A DNA stretch of 64,000 bases from a bacterium. GTDB lineage: Bacteria; JADJOY01. Every line of letters starts with the position of its first letter. Positions within the stretch are counted from its first letter, which is position 1. The stretch lies in assembly GCA_046331705.1 (NCBI GenBank), contig JAXLQJ010000016.1, forward strand, positions 62,001-126,000, in the 5' to 3' direction. Under the pieces are notes generated by a model, which saw nothing but the letters and a program-made list of their open reading frames with translations, had not been told where the DNA came from and did not search any database. This document shows positions 1 through 12,182 of the stretch, in pieces. Position numbers and translations under genes: made by a program.

Positions 1-777
1 GAGTGGCTGCGTCACGCGGCGGAGAGCCGGGAAGAGGTAGCCCAGCGTCGCCATCTTGGCGCCGAGGGCTGGCCGGACACGTTCCAGCGTGCCGTCGGCT
101 GCGCAGTCGAGCACCAGCGCCGCGATCTGCTCGGCCGTGCTCATGGGTTGCGAGAACACCAAGTCGGGAACCTGATCGGGATCGGCGAGGATGAAATCCG
201 TGGCGATCGGTCCTGGCGACACCACCGACACTCGCACCCCGCTCGCGCGCAGCTCCTCAGCCAAAGCGAACGTGAACGCGCGCAGCCCGAACTTGGTGGC
301 CGAGTACACCGCCTCGTGAACGAGCGGTACCCGCCCGGCGAGTGACGCCACGTTCACGATCGCGCCGCCGCGCCCCGATCGGCGCAGGTGCGGCAGCGCC
401 AAGCGCGTCAGCGTGATCGGCGCCACCAGGTTCACGTGCACCACCTGCGCCAGCTCCTCCGGCGCGTAGCGTTCGATCTCGCCGCGTCGGTTGGCGCCGG
501 CGTTGTTCACCAGCACGTCGAGCCCGCCGAACGCGGCCACGGTGGCCTCGATGAGCGCCTGGCACTGGGCGAGATCGGCGACGTCCGTGGGAACGGCGCG
601 TGCCGCGCCACCTGCTCGTATGATCTCGGCAGCGATACGCTCGAGCTCGCTCTTGCCGCGAGCGGCCAGCACCACCGTAGCGCCTTCGGCGGCGAAGGCC
701 TTCGCCGCAGCGGCACCCACGCCGCTCGAAGCTCCGGTCACCAGCACCACGCGGCCGTCGAATCGCGATCGTTTCAT
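1..777 (-). CDS. Short-chain dehydrogenase/reductase (SDR), 3' end runs off the window
   Basis: My translation from ATG 777 (absent from the ORF track because there is no stop) gives MKRSRFDGRVVLVTGASSGVG (TGxxxGxG), NNAG, ASLAG and YSATK (YxxxK). A GGAG RBS lies upstream. Confidence 0.92.
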   Translation of the reverse strand, partial: MKRSRFDGRVVLVTGASSGVGAAAAKAFAAEGATVVLAARGKSELERIAAEIIRAGGAARAVPTDVADLAQCQALIEATVAAFGGLDVLVNNAGANRRGEIERYAPEELAQVVHVNLVAPITLTRLALPHLRRSGRGGAIVNVASLAGRVPLVHEAVYSATKFGLRAFTFALAEELRASGVRVSVVSPGPIATDFILADPDQVPDLVFSQPMSTAEQIAALVLDCAADGTLERVRPALGAKMATLGYLFPALRRVTQPL

Positions 778-899
778 GGTTGGTCTCCGCACGTCATGGC
801 GACGTTGTCGCGAACTATCGCGTTCGCTCCCGCGGTGTGTCGATGGACGCGAACCGCCCGCGAGACGACCGCCGTGGCGGCGAGCCGCGGCGCCGCGCT

Positions 900-2291
900 A
901 TGACGTCCGATATGGAACGGTTTGCGGGGCGATGCGCGCGTAGCGTCGTGGCGGCGGCGTTGCTCGTCGCACTCGCGGTGAGCTGCTCGTCGCGCCCGCA
1001 CGACGTGGAAACGGCGGCGCGACATCGAGCGCTCGCCGAGTGGCTGGCGGGGGCCGTGTCGGTGGTCCCCGCATCGCCCGAGCTGTGCGCGATCGCCGCG
1101 GGGTCGAGCGAGTCCGCGGCCGTGACTTCGGGGCCGCGGACGGAGACCGGTTGGTACTGGGAACGCGGCGGTTGCACCGTTGCGTACGCGCTCGATCCAG
1201 AATCGGTGATCGGGCTAGCCGACGCGAGCTGGCCGCAGTCGACGACCGCGACGTCGGGCCGTGTCGTGGACGTCGATCGCATTGCACGCGCGAGCGCGCT
1301 CGTGCGCGCGCTCGCCACGTCGTTGGAACGCGAGAGCCCGGCACCGCTCCATCGGCTCGAGATCCAGACGCTCCTGTGGGAGCTCGCGGCTACCGTGGCC
1401 GACGCCAAGAGAACGAGCTCGGCGGCAGCGTCTGCCGAGCTGGAGGCGCTCGAGCACGATCTCGAGCGTGCGATCGCCTTCACGTTGCTCACAGAGGCCG
1501 AGCTCGATTCGCTTCCCTCCGCGTTGGGCCGGGTCGGTCAGGCGAACGCGGGCGCGGCGGAGCTGATCGCGCGGATCGAGCGCCAGGATCCAACGGTTCT
1601 CGAAGTGACGAATGCGCAGCGCGGCATTCGATCGCTTCACGACCAGTTGCTCGCCGATCGTTTCGCGCTTCGCGTGTTCCTCGTCGTGCCGGCAGCACGC
1701 GTCGAGGCGCTGCTGCGTCATCTCGCGCGCTCGTCGTTGGTAACGCTCACGGGATTCGAGAAGGCCTTTCCGGGCCTGCCTTCAACGCACGCGAGCGACA
1801 ATCAGCAGTTGCTGGTGCTCACCCGATTCGTGATTCCCGACGTCCGTGCGGTGCTGGTGCTCTACTTCCGCGCGATCGATTCTCGCCGACGCGTGCGGAC
1901 GACTCCGGTCGTGGCAGCGTGGCGCGAGATGGCGGCTCCTGGTCCACTGGCCGCCGGGGGGCACGCCACGCTCGACGTGCTCGCACGCACCGAGATCCGC
2001 GAAATCGAGTACCTGCGCGGATTCGGTGACGCACTCGCGCGGTACGCGGAGCGAGATGCACGCACACCCTTCTTCGGGTCGCTCGCCGCCACCCGCGTTC
2101 CGACGGGTCGATTCGTCACGACCCACCGCGCGCAGTGCATTGCCTGCCATGGCGCCGGGCTCAAGGTGTTCGGACCGTTCAACTGGGTGGCGGGCAGCCA
2201 GCCGAGCTACGAGATCACCCCGCCGCGCCCGTTGCCGATCGGCGATCTGGATCGCTCGTGGGATCACGGCAGAGTCGTGAGCGCGCGCTGA
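900..2291 (+). CDS. Hypothetical lipoprotein with a single C-terminal CxxCH (putative c-type heme) motif
   Basis: Signal peptide with lipobox-like LAVSC; QCIACHG near the C-terminus. Start is uncertain (900 or 912). Confidence 0.6.
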   Translation: MTSDMERFAGRCARSVVAAALLVALAVSCSSRPHDVETAARHRALAEWLAGAVSVVPASPELCAIAAGSSESAAVTSGPRTETGWYWERGGCTVAYALDPESVIGLADASWPQSTTATSGRVVDVDRIARASALVRALATSLERESPAPLHRLEIQTLLWELAATVADAKRTSSAAASAELEALEHDLERAIAFTLLTEAELDSLPSALGRVGQANAGAAELIARIERQDPTVLEVTNAQRGIRSLHDQLLADRFALRVFLVVPAARVEALLRHLARSSLVTLTGFEKAFPGLPSTHASDNQQLLVLTRFVIPDVRAVLVLYFRAIDSRRRVRTTPVVAAWREMAAPGPLAAGGHATLDVLARTEIREIEYLRGFGDALARYAERDARTPFFGSLAATRVPTGRFVTTHRAQCIACHGAGLKVFGPFNWVAGSQPSYEITPPRPLPIGDLDRSWDHGRVVSAR

Positions 2292-2306
2292 AGCGACCAG
2301 GAGCGA

Positions 2307-2337
2307 CGAGGGGGCCCCGCTGCTCGGGACCCCCTCG
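2307..2337. terminator. GC-rich hairpin between convergent genes
   Basis: CGAGGGGG-CCCCG/CGGGA-CCCCCTCG inverted repeat; no U-tract. Confidence 0.4.
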
Positions 2338-2379
2338 CACCCCTCGCCGAGCCGGCGAACGGTCAGTGTTTCATTGCCA

Positions 2380-4692
2380 TCACGACCGGCGCCGCGCGCG
2401 CAGGCTCGCGATCAGGCCCGCGGCCGCGGCGAAGTACAACGCGAAGTCGAGCGGCGCCTGGGCGCGCTCCGGCGCCACGCCGTTTCCGGCCTCGGCGAGC
2501 TGCTGCTGGCAACCGCCCGGGGTGGCGGCGTTGCAGTCGTCGTCGACGCCGTTGCCGGGGATCTCGGTCTTGCCGGGGTTCACGTTGGCGTTGCCGTCGT
2601 CGCAATCGGTGGCCGAGCCAGCCGAGCACGAGGCGCTGCCGGGGTTGCCGTAGCCGTCGCCGTCGTTGTCCGTGCAGCTCCCGCCGCCACCGCACGACGC
2701 CGGCACGGCGAATCCGTTGGTGACGCTGACCGTCAGCCCGCCGGGCCCGGGATCGGCGTCGCTGCCGAGGCCGCGCTTGGCGAAGGCCGTCCACAGCAGG
2801 CACACGTCCTCGCCGCCGTGATTGTCCTGGGCGGCCTGGATCATCGCGTCGCGCACCTGGGTGAAGGTGGGATTGCAGGGCGTGTTCTTGAGGCCTTCCT
2901 CGGTGTAGAGCATCGCGCGCTGGTTGCCGGCGTTGCCGGTGCCGTCGTAGAGGTTCGTCGAGAAGCCATGGGCGTTCACCAGCGCCCAGTACATCTCCCA
3001 CTGGATCGACGCCCACACCTCGCCCACGAAGTGGACTTCGGGCAGGAGGCCGTTGATGTCCTCGTACGTGTGGGTGTTGACCAGCATGTCGGTGGTGTAG
3101 ACCTGCTCGCGGATGCCGGCGCCGTTGGTGGCCTGGCCGAGCACGTAGGTCCCCATCGGGCGGGCCGTGGTGCCGGTGTCGGAGGGGCGCGCCGTGAACG
3201 CCAGCGCCCACCAATCGCTCAGGCCCTCGCCTGGCTGCTGGCGGCTCGACAAGCAGCTCGAGTTCGAGGGGCCGCCGACGGTGCGGATCGAGACGCCGTG
3301 GCCGTACTCGTGGACGATGATCCCGGCGTCGAGGTCGCCGTCACGGCGAGGCGTGGTCTGGGTCCACAGGTACATCTGCATGCGGCCCGGTGAGCCGTCG
3401 GGCGGCGCCGAGAAGTTGGCGTTGTTGCAGGAGCCGGTGGTGCAGTTGCCGTCCTGGGCCTCGGCGTTCACGGCGTCGCTGCCGGTGCCGCCGTTGCCGA
3501 AGTTGTTGGTCTGGAAATTCCCTGCGGCCTCGTCGAAGCCGAAGTGGTAGTGGACGTCGTGGAGGATGTTGTTCCAGTAGAAGAGATTCGCGACCGCGCC
3601 CGAGGTGTAGGAGTTGGGATCGGCGCTCGCGAAGTTGATCGGGTAGTTGAAGTCACAGACCAGCGACGCGCCGCAGCTCGGCTCGCTGGCGGGGGGAGCG
3701 TTGTTCTTGTCGAGGTCGTCGTAGGCATGGACGTTGTTGCCCTGCATCGTGGTGAAGCTGGTGGTGCCGTTGGCGTGCCACCCGAGCGGTGATGCCGTGG
3801 CGTCGGCGGGGTTCGACACCAGCGTGCGCCCATCGGCGGGCGGAGCGGGGGTGGTGTGGTTCGGGCTCTCGACCGGCTGTGGGTAGACGCGGTACTGGGC
3901 GTCGCGGGTCCAATCGTTGCGCGTCCAGATCTGGCTCGTCGACGCGTCGACGGTGAAGTCGTAGTGGTGCTCGCCGTCGGGGGTCTTCACCGCGAAGTTC
4001 CACACCAGGCGCGCTTCGCCCGCCCGCACCGGCAACCACATCGGTCGGGCGGTGATCCGGGCAGCGTCGAGCTGGATGCCGAGGTGCTTGCCGGCGGCCT
4101 CGATGGCCGCCGAGACGGGGCGAACGGACGCGGCGCGCGCGGACGCGGTGGCGTTCGCGATGCTCGCGACGGCGCCGTTGTTGACGCTCACGACGCGGCC
4201 GTCGCGATTGACGTGAACCTGGATCTGGCCGTTGTAGACCGGCTTCCCGGCATACACCTGACGGAAATAGAGGTGTGTCGCGCCGGTGGGGGCCGAGTAG
4301 ACGCTGTCCGTGACCTCGAGCCCGTCGAGGTCGGCATCGTCGAGGCCCAAGGCGGCCGCGTGCGCGGCGAGGAAGGCACGCGCGATGATCTGGGGATCGC
4401 CCTTGGCCGCGTCGCTCAGATAACCACCGCGGTTCCAGAGCGAGCGGGTGACGCCGGTGGCGGGATCGATGCTCGCCGAGAGCTCGGCGAAGCGGGCGCG
4501 CAGCGCATCCAGCGCCCGGGCTTGCTCGGCGCGTGGGGTCGCCGCGGGTGACGCGTCGAGGACCGCGCCACGCGCGTCGAAATCACGGTCCTCCGCGGCG
4601 GCGAGCGCCGGCAGGCACGCGGCCGCGCCGACGAGCAGCAGCATCGCGCACGGCTTGGTCCAATGGGTTCGCGGACGTCGACGATGTCTCAT
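2380..4692 (-). CDS. Secreted M36 (fungalysin) metallopeptidase with FTP propeptide, Asp/Cys-rich metal-binding repeat and C-terminal membrane anchor
   Basis: Signal peptide; HLYFRQ..G.PV.NG propeptide; GNNVHAY, GFDEAAGNFQ, NNANF, HEYGH, GEGLSDW, AFAKRGLG; DNDGDGYG..DCDD..NPG..E..NGVDDDC repeat. GAGGAG RBS before ATG 4692. Confidence 0.93.
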   Translation of the reverse strand: MRHRRRPRTHWTKPCAMLLLVGAAACLPALAAAEDRDFDARGAVLDASPAATPRAEQARALDALRARFAELSASIDPATGVTRSLWNRGGYLSDAAKGDPQIIARAFLAAHAAALGLDDADLDGLEVTDSVYSAPTGATHLYFRQVYAGKPVYNGQIQVHVNRDGRVVSVNNGAVASIANATASARAASVRPVSAAIEAAGKHLGIQLDAARITARPMWLPVRAGEARLVWNFAVKTPDGEHHYDFTVDASTSQIWTRNDWTRDAQYRVYPQPVESPNHTTPAPPADGRTLVSNPADATASPLGWHANGTTSFTTMQGNNVHAYDDLDKNNAPPASEPSCGASLVCDFNYPINFASADPNSYTSGAVANLFYWNNILHDVHYHFGFDEAAGNFQTNNFGNGGTGSDAVNAEAQDGNCTTGSCNNANFSAPPDGSPGRMQMYLWTQTTPRRDGDLDAGIIVHEYGHGVSIRTVGGPSNSSCLSSRQQPGEGLSDWWALAFTARPSDTGTTARPMGTYVLGQATNGAGIREQVYTTDMLVNTHTYEDINGLLPEVHFVGEVWASIQWEMYWALVNAHGFSTNLYDGTGNAGNQRAMLYTEEGLKNTPCNPTFTQVRDAMIQAAQDNHGGEDVCLLWTAFAKRGLGSDADPGPGGLTVSVTNGFAVPASCGGGGSCTDNDGDGYGNPGSASCSAGSATDCDDGNANVNPGKTEIPGNGVDDDCNAATPGGCQQQLAEAGNGVAPERAQAPLDFALYFAAAAGLIASLRARRRS

Positions 4693-4881
4693 GAGCTCCT
4701 CTTTCGCCGGACGGGTGGATGCGCCCGGGGACGTGTGCTTCGGATGGACGATGGCCCTCGCGCAGGGAGGGCACGGAAGGATCGACGAGCAGGGGATCGT
4801 CGCGCCCGCGTCGGGGACCGAGCGCAACCGAATTCCATTCTGCCTGTCGGCGCTCCCCCGCCGCAACGCGGGGCCGGCCCT

Positions 4882-6243
4882 TCACGGGCCGCGGATCGCT
4901 CGGGTGGGGAGTGACGGCTGCGTCGCGCGGTCCCGCAGCCATTGCAGCGCCAGCACGATGAGCGGCATGGCCCACAGATCGAGCGGCAATCGCAGACGAT
5001 TCTCGATCAAGGCACTGGTCGCCGCCGGCACCATCACGCCGACGAACGAGCCGAGCAGGAAGAGCGCCAGCGCCGGGTCGCGGCGGGCGAGTGCGCCGAC
5101 GCCGGCGAGCGCCGCCAGCCAGAAGCTCGCGTTGAGCCAGCTCGGCAGGCTCAGCCAAGGCGGATAGAGCGCTGCCCACTCGTGGCGACTGTAGGGGCGG
5201 GGCGGGGCGAGGAGCTGGCGTCTCAGCTCGCGCAGCAGGCTCAGCGCGGCTTCGATGGGGTGGGCGGCGATCAGCTCGCGGGTGTCACGGCGCTGCACCG
5301 CGATCCGCTCCGGGAACGGGATGGAGCGGTAGCGCGCGAATGCCGCGTCGCGGATGTCGAAGAAATCGCCCTCCCCGAGTGCAGCGCGCAGCCGGGGCAT
5401 CGCGTAGCACGAGATGGTCTCGGGACCGATCGCCGAGGCCGTCGCCACGCCGTGCTGGAGGAGGTTCGAGCCGACCACGAAGCCGGGCACGAGCAGCGTC
5501 GCGATCCAGAGCGCCAGCCGCTCGATGCGCTTGCGCTGTCGGCCCCTGGGATCGAGCAGCAAGCACGGCACCAGCGCGGCCACGAAGAAGAACGTGGGGC
5601 GGAGCGCTTGCGTGCCGATCCACCCGAGGGCGGCGAGGGTCACGCGCGGCGCGCCGCCGCGCGCGCGCCACCGTAGCGTGGCCGCGAGGGCGGCGGCGGC
5701 GAGGAACGCGTGGGGCGCATCGGTCAGCAGCTCGGGTGCGTAGGCGAGCATCGCGGGCCACGCGGCCACCAGCAGGCCCGCACCGAGCGTGGCTGCCCGG
5801 CGCCCCGTCAGCGCGTGCGCGAGCACCATCACGGACCACGCCGCCAGCCCCGCCAGCCCGGGCTCGACCCAGAGCGCGGCGAGCATCGTTCCGAACCAAC
5901 GCTGGGAGAGCGCGAGAAGCCACGGATAGCCCGGCCCGCGAACCAGATAGGAAGCGCGCCACGCGCCACGCGCGAGCACGTCCTTGGCGACCTCGACGTA
6001 GGACGACGAATCCGGTGTGAGCCACGGCACCGCCCCCGCGGCGCACGCGAGCCCCGAAGGCGTGCAGCCGAGCGCCAGCGCGAGCTGCACCAGGTTGAGC
6101 GCGTGCAGCAGCGCCACCAGCGCCGCGATCGCCAGCGCGGCGCCCCGCGGCCAGTCGGATCGGGCGGCGCGGGACGGAGCGCCATTCGACGCGAACGCGG
6201 GCGCGGTGCTCGAAGCGAGCTCGTCCTCGGCGGCTTCTGGCAT
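4882..6243 (-). CDS. Polytopic GT-C superfamily glycosyltransferase (ArnT/PMT-like)
   Basis: Many TM segments; PDSSSY after the first TM, RGPGYP, ELLTD, and late ENRLRLP. Confidence 0.65.
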   Translation of the reverse strand: MPEAAEDELASSTAPAFASNGAPSRAARSDWPRGAALAIAALVALLHALNLVQLALALGCTPSGLACAAGAVPWLTPDSSSYVEVAKDVLARGAWRASYLVRGPGYPWLLALSQRWFGTMLAALWVEPGLAGLAAWSVMVLAHALTGRRAATLGAGLLVAAWPAMLAYAPELLTDAPHAFLAAAALAATLRWRARGGAPRVTLAALGWIGTQALRPTFFFVAALVPCLLLDPRGRQRKRIERLALWIATLLVPGFVVGSNLLQHGVATASAIGPETISCYAMPRLRAALGEGDFFDIRDAAFARYRSIPFPERIAVQRRDTRELIAAHPIEAALSLLRELRRQLLAPPRPYSRHEWAALYPPWLSLPSWLNASFWLAALAGVGALARRDPALALFLLGSFVGVMVPAATSALIENRLRLPLDLWAMPLIVLALQWLRDRATQPSLPTRAIRGP

Positions 6244-6420
6244 CGTCAACGGCTCGTCGCGACGGCGGGTCGTCCCGCCACGGCGCGCGCGAGTCTACTC
6301 GCGCACCACCGCGGCGCGCACGCTTCCGCTCGCTTCCGAGGAAGCCTCGGTGGCCTGCTAAGCTCGCCCGACCTCCCCGCCGCGCAGCCGTTGGCGTTCG
6401 ATTCCAGGCCGTCTCGAACC

Positions 6421-7143
6421 ATGTATCGATCGCTCTCGGTCGCGGCCATCGCGCCGGTGTTCGACGAAGCTTCCCGGATCGGCGCGGTCGTGCGCCGCAC
6501 CCCACGGGACGTGGTGGACGTGTTGCTGGTGGTCGACGACGCCTCCACGGACGGCTCGGCTGCGGTCGCGCGTCAGGCCGGCGCGGAGGTGATCTCGCTC
6601 GCGCGTCGCTCGGGAGTCGGCGCGGCCATCCGCGTCGGCTATCGCGAAGCCCTCGCGCGCGGCGCCGACGTCGCCGTGGTGATGGCGGGGAACGACAAGG
6701 ACGCGCCCGAGGAGATCCCGATGCTCCTCGATCCGATCGCCGACGGGCGCGCGGACTTCGTGCAGGGCTCGCGCTACGCGGGTGGGCCGCGAGCGCGTGG
6801 CGACATGCCGCGCCATCGCCGCTTCGGCACGCGGCTTCATCCGCTGGTCTTCTCGTGGGTGGCGGGCCGGCGGGTGAGCGAGTCCACCAACGGCTTTCGC
6901 GCGGTGCACCGGCGTGTTCTCGAGGATGCTCGGCTCGACCTCGATCAACCCTGGCTCGACGGCTACGCGCTCGAGCCCTACCTCTATCTGCGCGCCATTC
7001 GGCTCGGCCATCGAACGGCGGAGGTCCCGGTGACCAAGATCTATCCGCCCCGCAGCCAAGGGCAGACCAAGATGCGTCCCGTGACCGATTGGTGGGCGAT
7101 GCTCAAGCCGCTGGTGCTCGTGGCGCTCGGGATCCGCCGGTGA
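6421..7143 (+). CDS. GT2 polyprenol-phosphate glycosyltransferase (DPM1/ArnC-like)
   Basis: APVFDE, VVDDASTDGS, GVGAAIRVG, VQGSRY, ESTNGFRA, EVPV. The DxD position reads MAGNDKD. Confidence 0.88.
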   Translation: MYRSLSVAAIAPVFDEASRIGAVVRRTPRDVVDVLLVVDDASTDGSAAVARQAGAEVISLARRSGVGAAIRVGYREALARGADVAVVMAGNDKDAPEEIPMLLDPIADGRADFVQGSRYAGGPRARGDMPRHRRFGTRLHPLVFSWVAGRRVSESTNGFRAVHRRVLEDARLDLDQPWLDGYALEPYLYLRAIRLGHRTAEVPVTKIYPPRSQGQTKMRPVTDWWAMLKPLVLVALGIRR

Positions 7144-8273
7144 GCGGCGCGGTGCGCATCCCCTTGCTCGACCTCGGGCTCCAGCACGCCGAGGTCGCCG
7201 CCGAGATCGGGCGCGGCTTCGAGCGCGTGCTCGCCTCGCAGCGATTCGTGGGCGGTCCGGAGGTCGAGGACTTCGAGCGGCGCTACGCCGAGCACATCGG
7301 CGTCGCGCATTGCGTCGGCGTGGGCAACGGCACCGACGCGCTAGAGCTCGCGCTGCGCGCCGTCGAGGTCGGGTCAGGCCACGAGGTGATCGTGCCGGCG
7401 AACTCGTTCGTCGCGACGGCCCTGGCGGTGCTGCGTGCCGGGGGCACGCCGGTGGTCGTCGATTGCGATCCCGTGACCCACGCGCTCGACCTCGGCGAGG
7501 TGGCGCGCCGGCTCGGTCCGCGCACGCGCGCGGCGATCCCCGTCCATCTCTTCGGTCAGCAGACCCCCGTCGAGGACCTCGTGACGCTGCTCGCGGGCAC
7601 GCGCGCGCGAGTCGTCGAGGACGCCGCGCAAGTCCACGGCGCCCGTCGCCACGGTCGATCCGTCGCGGCCCTCGGCGCCGCCGCCGCGACCAGCTTCCAT
7701 CCCTCGAAGAACCTCGGTGCCTACGGCGATGCGGGCGCGATCCTCACCAACGACCCCGAGATCGCGCGGCGCGTTCGCGCGCTACGCAACTACGGTGGCG
7801 AAGAGCGTTACGTGCATCCGGAGGTGGGCTTCAACTCGCGGCTCGACGCGCTGCAGGCCGTGGTGCTGCGCGCGAAGCTCGCGTGCTTGGCGCGCTGGAA
7901 CGCGGCGCGCGCCGCGGCGGCGGCGCGCTACGACGCGCTCTTGGCGGACGATCCGCGGGTGCGGCGTCCCGCCGCGCTCGCCGGCAACGAGCACGTCTGG
8001 CATCTCTACGTCGTGCGTGTGCCGGCGCGCGATCGGGTGCTCGCGCACCTCACGGAGGCGGGGATCGAGGCCGCGGTCCATTACCCCACGCCGCTGCACC
8101 TCACGGGTGCGCTCGCATCGCTCGGGCATCGTCCGGGCGATTTCCCGGTGGCGGAGCGGCTCGCCGGGGAGATCCTGTCGCTGCCGGTCTTTCCGGGAAT
8201 CACGGCGGAGCAGCAGGAGCGCGTGGTGCGCGAGCTGCGCGCGGCGCTCGATCACGAGGACGTCGGACGATGA
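7140..8273 (+). CDS. DegT/DnrJ/EryC1/StrS PLP-dependent sugar aminotransferase
   Basis: GNGTDAL, PVHLFGQ, EDAAQ, SFHPSKNLGAYGDAG, NSRLD, WHLYV. GTGA overlap with the GT2 stop. Confidence 0.93.
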   Translation: MSGAVRIPLLDLGLQHAEVAAEIGRGFERVLASQRFVGGPEVEDFERRYAEHIGVAHCVGVGNGTDALELALRAVEVGSGHEVIVPANSFVATALAVLRAGGTPVVVDCDPVTHALDLGEVARRLGPRTRAAIPVHLFGQQTPVEDLVTLLAGTRARVVEDAAQVHGARRHGRSVAALGAAAATSFHPSKNLGAYGDAGAILTNDPEIARRVRALRNYGGEERYVHPEVGFNSRLDALQAVVLRAKLACLARWNAARAAAAARYDALLADDPRVRRPAALAGNEHVWHLYVVRVPARDRVLAHLTEAGIEAAVHYPTPLHLTGALASLGHRPGDFPVAERLAGEILSLPVFPGITAEQQERVVRELRAALDHEDVGR

Positions 8274-8845
8274 CGCGCGACGCCAGCGTGTTCGTTCACG
8301 AGCGCGCGCTCTGCGAGTCGGACGATGTCGGGCCGCGCACCCGCGTGTGGGCGTTCGCGCACGTGATGCGGGGAGCGCGGGTGGGTGCCGACTGCAACAT
8401 CGGCGATCACGCGTTCGTCGAGAGCGGCGCGGTCCTGGGAGACCGCGTGACGGTCAAGAACGCGGTGTTGGTGTGGGATCGCGTGACCGTCGAGGACGAC
8501 GTCTTCCTCGGGCCCAACATGGTGTTCACCAATGATCTCGTGCCGCGCGCCGCGTTTCGCAAGGATGCGTCACGGTTCCTGCCCACGCGCGTTCGGCGGG
8601 GAGCCTCGATCGGCGCCAACGTCACGGTGGTGTGCGGGGTCACGGTCGGCGAGTGCGCGTTCGTGGGTGCGGGCGCGGTGGTCACGAGCGACGTCCCCGC
8701 GCGGGCGCTGGTGGTCGGCAACCCCGCGCGCTGGATGGCGTGGATGTGCGATTGCGGCGAGCGGCTCGGCAACGACCTCGCGTGCGGCTGCGGACGGCGC
8801 TATCGGTTGGTGTCGGCGCTCGAGGGATTGGCGCCGCTCACCTGA
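8270..8845 (+). CDS. Hexapeptide-repeat sugar N-acetyltransferase (WbpD/FdtC-like)
   Basis: LbH repeats, FLGPNMVFTND, GASIGAN, VVGNPAR, and a Cys-rich tail (CDCG..CGCG). ATGA overlap with the upstream gene. Confidence 0.9.
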   Translation: MTRDASVFVHERALCESDDVGPRTRVWAFAHVMRGARVGADCNIGDHAFVESGAVLGDRVTVKNAVLVWDRVTVEDDVFLGPNMVFTNDLVPRAAFRKDASRFLPTRVRRGASIGANVTVVCGVTVGECAFVGAGAVVTSDVPARALVVGNPARWMAWMCDCGERLGNDLACGCGRRYRLVSALEGLAPLT

Positions 8846-8903
8846 GCGCGGCGGCGACTGCCGCCCGGCGGATCCGGTGTCGTCGCGCGCACGAGGAGCG
8901 ATC

Positions 8904-9458
8904 ATGGAACGTACGAGCCATCCCGCGTTGCGCGTCGCGCGGCCCGAGGACGGCACGCGGCTCGCCGAGATCTACGCGCCCTACGTCAGCGCGACGCCGA
9001 TCACCTTCGAGGTCGATCCTCCCGGCGCCGTCGCGATGAGCGAGCGGGTCGAGCGCACGCTCGCGCGCTGGCCGTGGCTGGTGTGGGAAGCGGAGGGCCG
9101 CGTCGTGGGCTACGCGTACGCGAGCGAGCACCGCGCCCGCGCCGCGTATCGCTGGTGTGTCGAGGTCGCGGTGTACGTCGATCGCCACGCGCATCGGCGC
9201 GGAGTGGGTCGCGCGCTCTACGGTGCGTTGCTGCCGATCCTGGAACGCCAGGGCTATCGGAACGCTTACGCCGGCATCACGCTGCCCAACGCGGCGAGTG
9301 TCGGGCTTCACGAAGCCGTGGGCTTCGTGGCCGTGGGCGTCTATCGACGCATCGGCTGGAAGCTCGGTGCCTGGCACGACGTGGGCTGGTGGTCGCGCGA
9401 CCTCGCGCCCCACGACCCCGACCCTGCCGATCCCGTGCCGTTTCCCGAGCTGCGTTGA
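8904..9458 (+). CDS. GNAT N-acetyltransferase, phosphinothricin/arsinothricin acetyltransferase-like
   Basis: ITFE..PP, GYAYAS.HR.RAAY.W, RRGVGRALY, NAASVGLHEAVGF, GWKLGAWHDV. GAGGAG RBS. Confidence 0.88.
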   Translation: MERTSHPALRVARPEDGTRLAEIYAPYVSATPITFEVDPPGAVAMSERVERTLARWPWLVWEAEGRVVGYAYASEHRARAAYRWCVEVAVYVDRHAHRRGVGRALYGALLPILERQGYRNAYAGITLPNAASVGLHEAVGFVAVGVYRRIGWKLGAWHDVGWWSRDLAPHDPDPADPVPFPELR

Positions 9459-9503
9459 CGGACCGCCGCGCCTCGTGAGCGAAGCGCGCTCCCTCGCGAG
9501 CGT

Positions 9504-12160
<2,657 letters not shown>

Positions 12161-12182
12161 CGCCCGCGCGCGCCGAGCGCCG

